Shown one piece after another: positions 63,749 to 64,000 of a stretch of DNA of 64,000 nucleotides (its first letter is position 1; every line of letters starts with the position of its first letter). The stretch spans positions 7,479 to 71,478 of the forward strand of contig JBFYNF010000045.1 in assembly GCA_041304525.1 (NCBI GenBank). The letters are read 5' to 3'. Origin of the DNA: Thermoplasmata archaeon. GTDB taxonomy: Archaea; Thermoplasmatota; Thermoplasmata; UBA10834. The position numbers and the translations under genes were made by a program. The notes under the pieces were generated by a model that worked only from the letters and a program-made list of their open reading frames with translations, ran no database searches and was not told where the DNA came from.

Positions 63749-64000
63749 TCACAACACTTCAGGGACTTGGTAGTCCGGGAACCCAATCTCGCTTCCATCG
63801 AGTGTCAAGAGAGTCTCAGGGGTCTTGAACATCACGAATATCGAGACCATGTCTCCGTCCTCGTACGACACGCTGGTCAAATCGAGGCTCGGAAGCGTCA
63901 CCTGGATCGACAAGGACCCATCTGCGTACACCGATGTGATGTAGGTTGAGGCGACCAACGGGGAACCGTCCAACGACAGGACGACCGGGGCGTCGTTTAT
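63749..64000 (-). CDS. C-terminal part of a gene continuing beyond the 3' window edge (hypothetical)
   Basis: Reading frame stays open to position 64000 on the minus strand; stop at 63749. Function not recognisable from 84 residues. Confidence 0.3.
   Translation of the reverse strand: MNDAPVVLSLDGSPLVASTYITSVYADGSLSIQVTLPSLDLTSVSYEDGDMVSIFVMFKTPETLLTLDGSEIGFPDYQVPEVL

Noticed and set aside
1-64000. CRISPR arrays, IS elements/transposases, integrases, rRNA genes
   Set aside because: No regularly spaced direct repeats. No transposase- or integrase-like ORFs. No rRNA-like sequence found on either strand.

Overview
GC-rich (about 60%) chromosomal segment with clearly archaeal content: an archaeal Sm protein-L37e-PurF cluster, ribosomal protein S3Ae, an intron-containing tRNA, a class III signal-peptide archaellum locus, and a tungsten-type AOR with its ferredoxin. 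The HdrB-like CCG-domain fragment at the 5' edge and a non-Pyl MttB-family methyltransferase suggest, by inference only, a Thermoplasmata or Methanomassiliicoccales-like methylotrophic euryarchaeon. Coding density is high and almost all genes could be assigned from sequence. Main blocks: (1) peptidase M20 and an oligopeptide-type ABC substrate-binding protein fused to six PKD-like repeats plus two permeases (1-8.7 kb). (2) S3Ae, tRNA-Met with intron, ArsA/Get3-like ATPase, ferredoxin-AOR, Roadblock+V4R pair, AMMECR1, dihydroorotase and Lrp (8.7-18.2 kb). (3) A complete fla1-type archaellum locus (19.5-34 kb) with two divergent small wHTH regulators, three archaellin genes (one a 573-aa giant), FlaE-like, FlaC/D, a FlaF-NHL fusion, FlaG, FlaH, two tandem FlaI ATPases and FlaJ, followed by a 1033-aa surface protein. 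(4) Sm-L37e-purF and tRNA-Ala. (5) A tightly packed five-gene operon (41.5-48.3 kb) encoding an ECF-type importer whose S component, an extracytoplasmic metallophosphoesterase and a four-domain membrane protein all carry sulfite-oxidase-fold (Moco-domain-like) repeats; this is the most novel-looking system in the window. (6) Secreted peptidases (S51, C11), an MttB-family methyltransferase, an ABC-2 exporter, MscS, a CBS protein and a STAND-type HTH-NTPase-TPR regulator. Two short sequence families recur in intergenic DNA: a 23-28 nt motif upstream of each archaellin gene, and an approximately 65 bp promoter/start module shared by flaI-2 and the surface protein gene. No CRISPR, IS elements or rRNA were seen.
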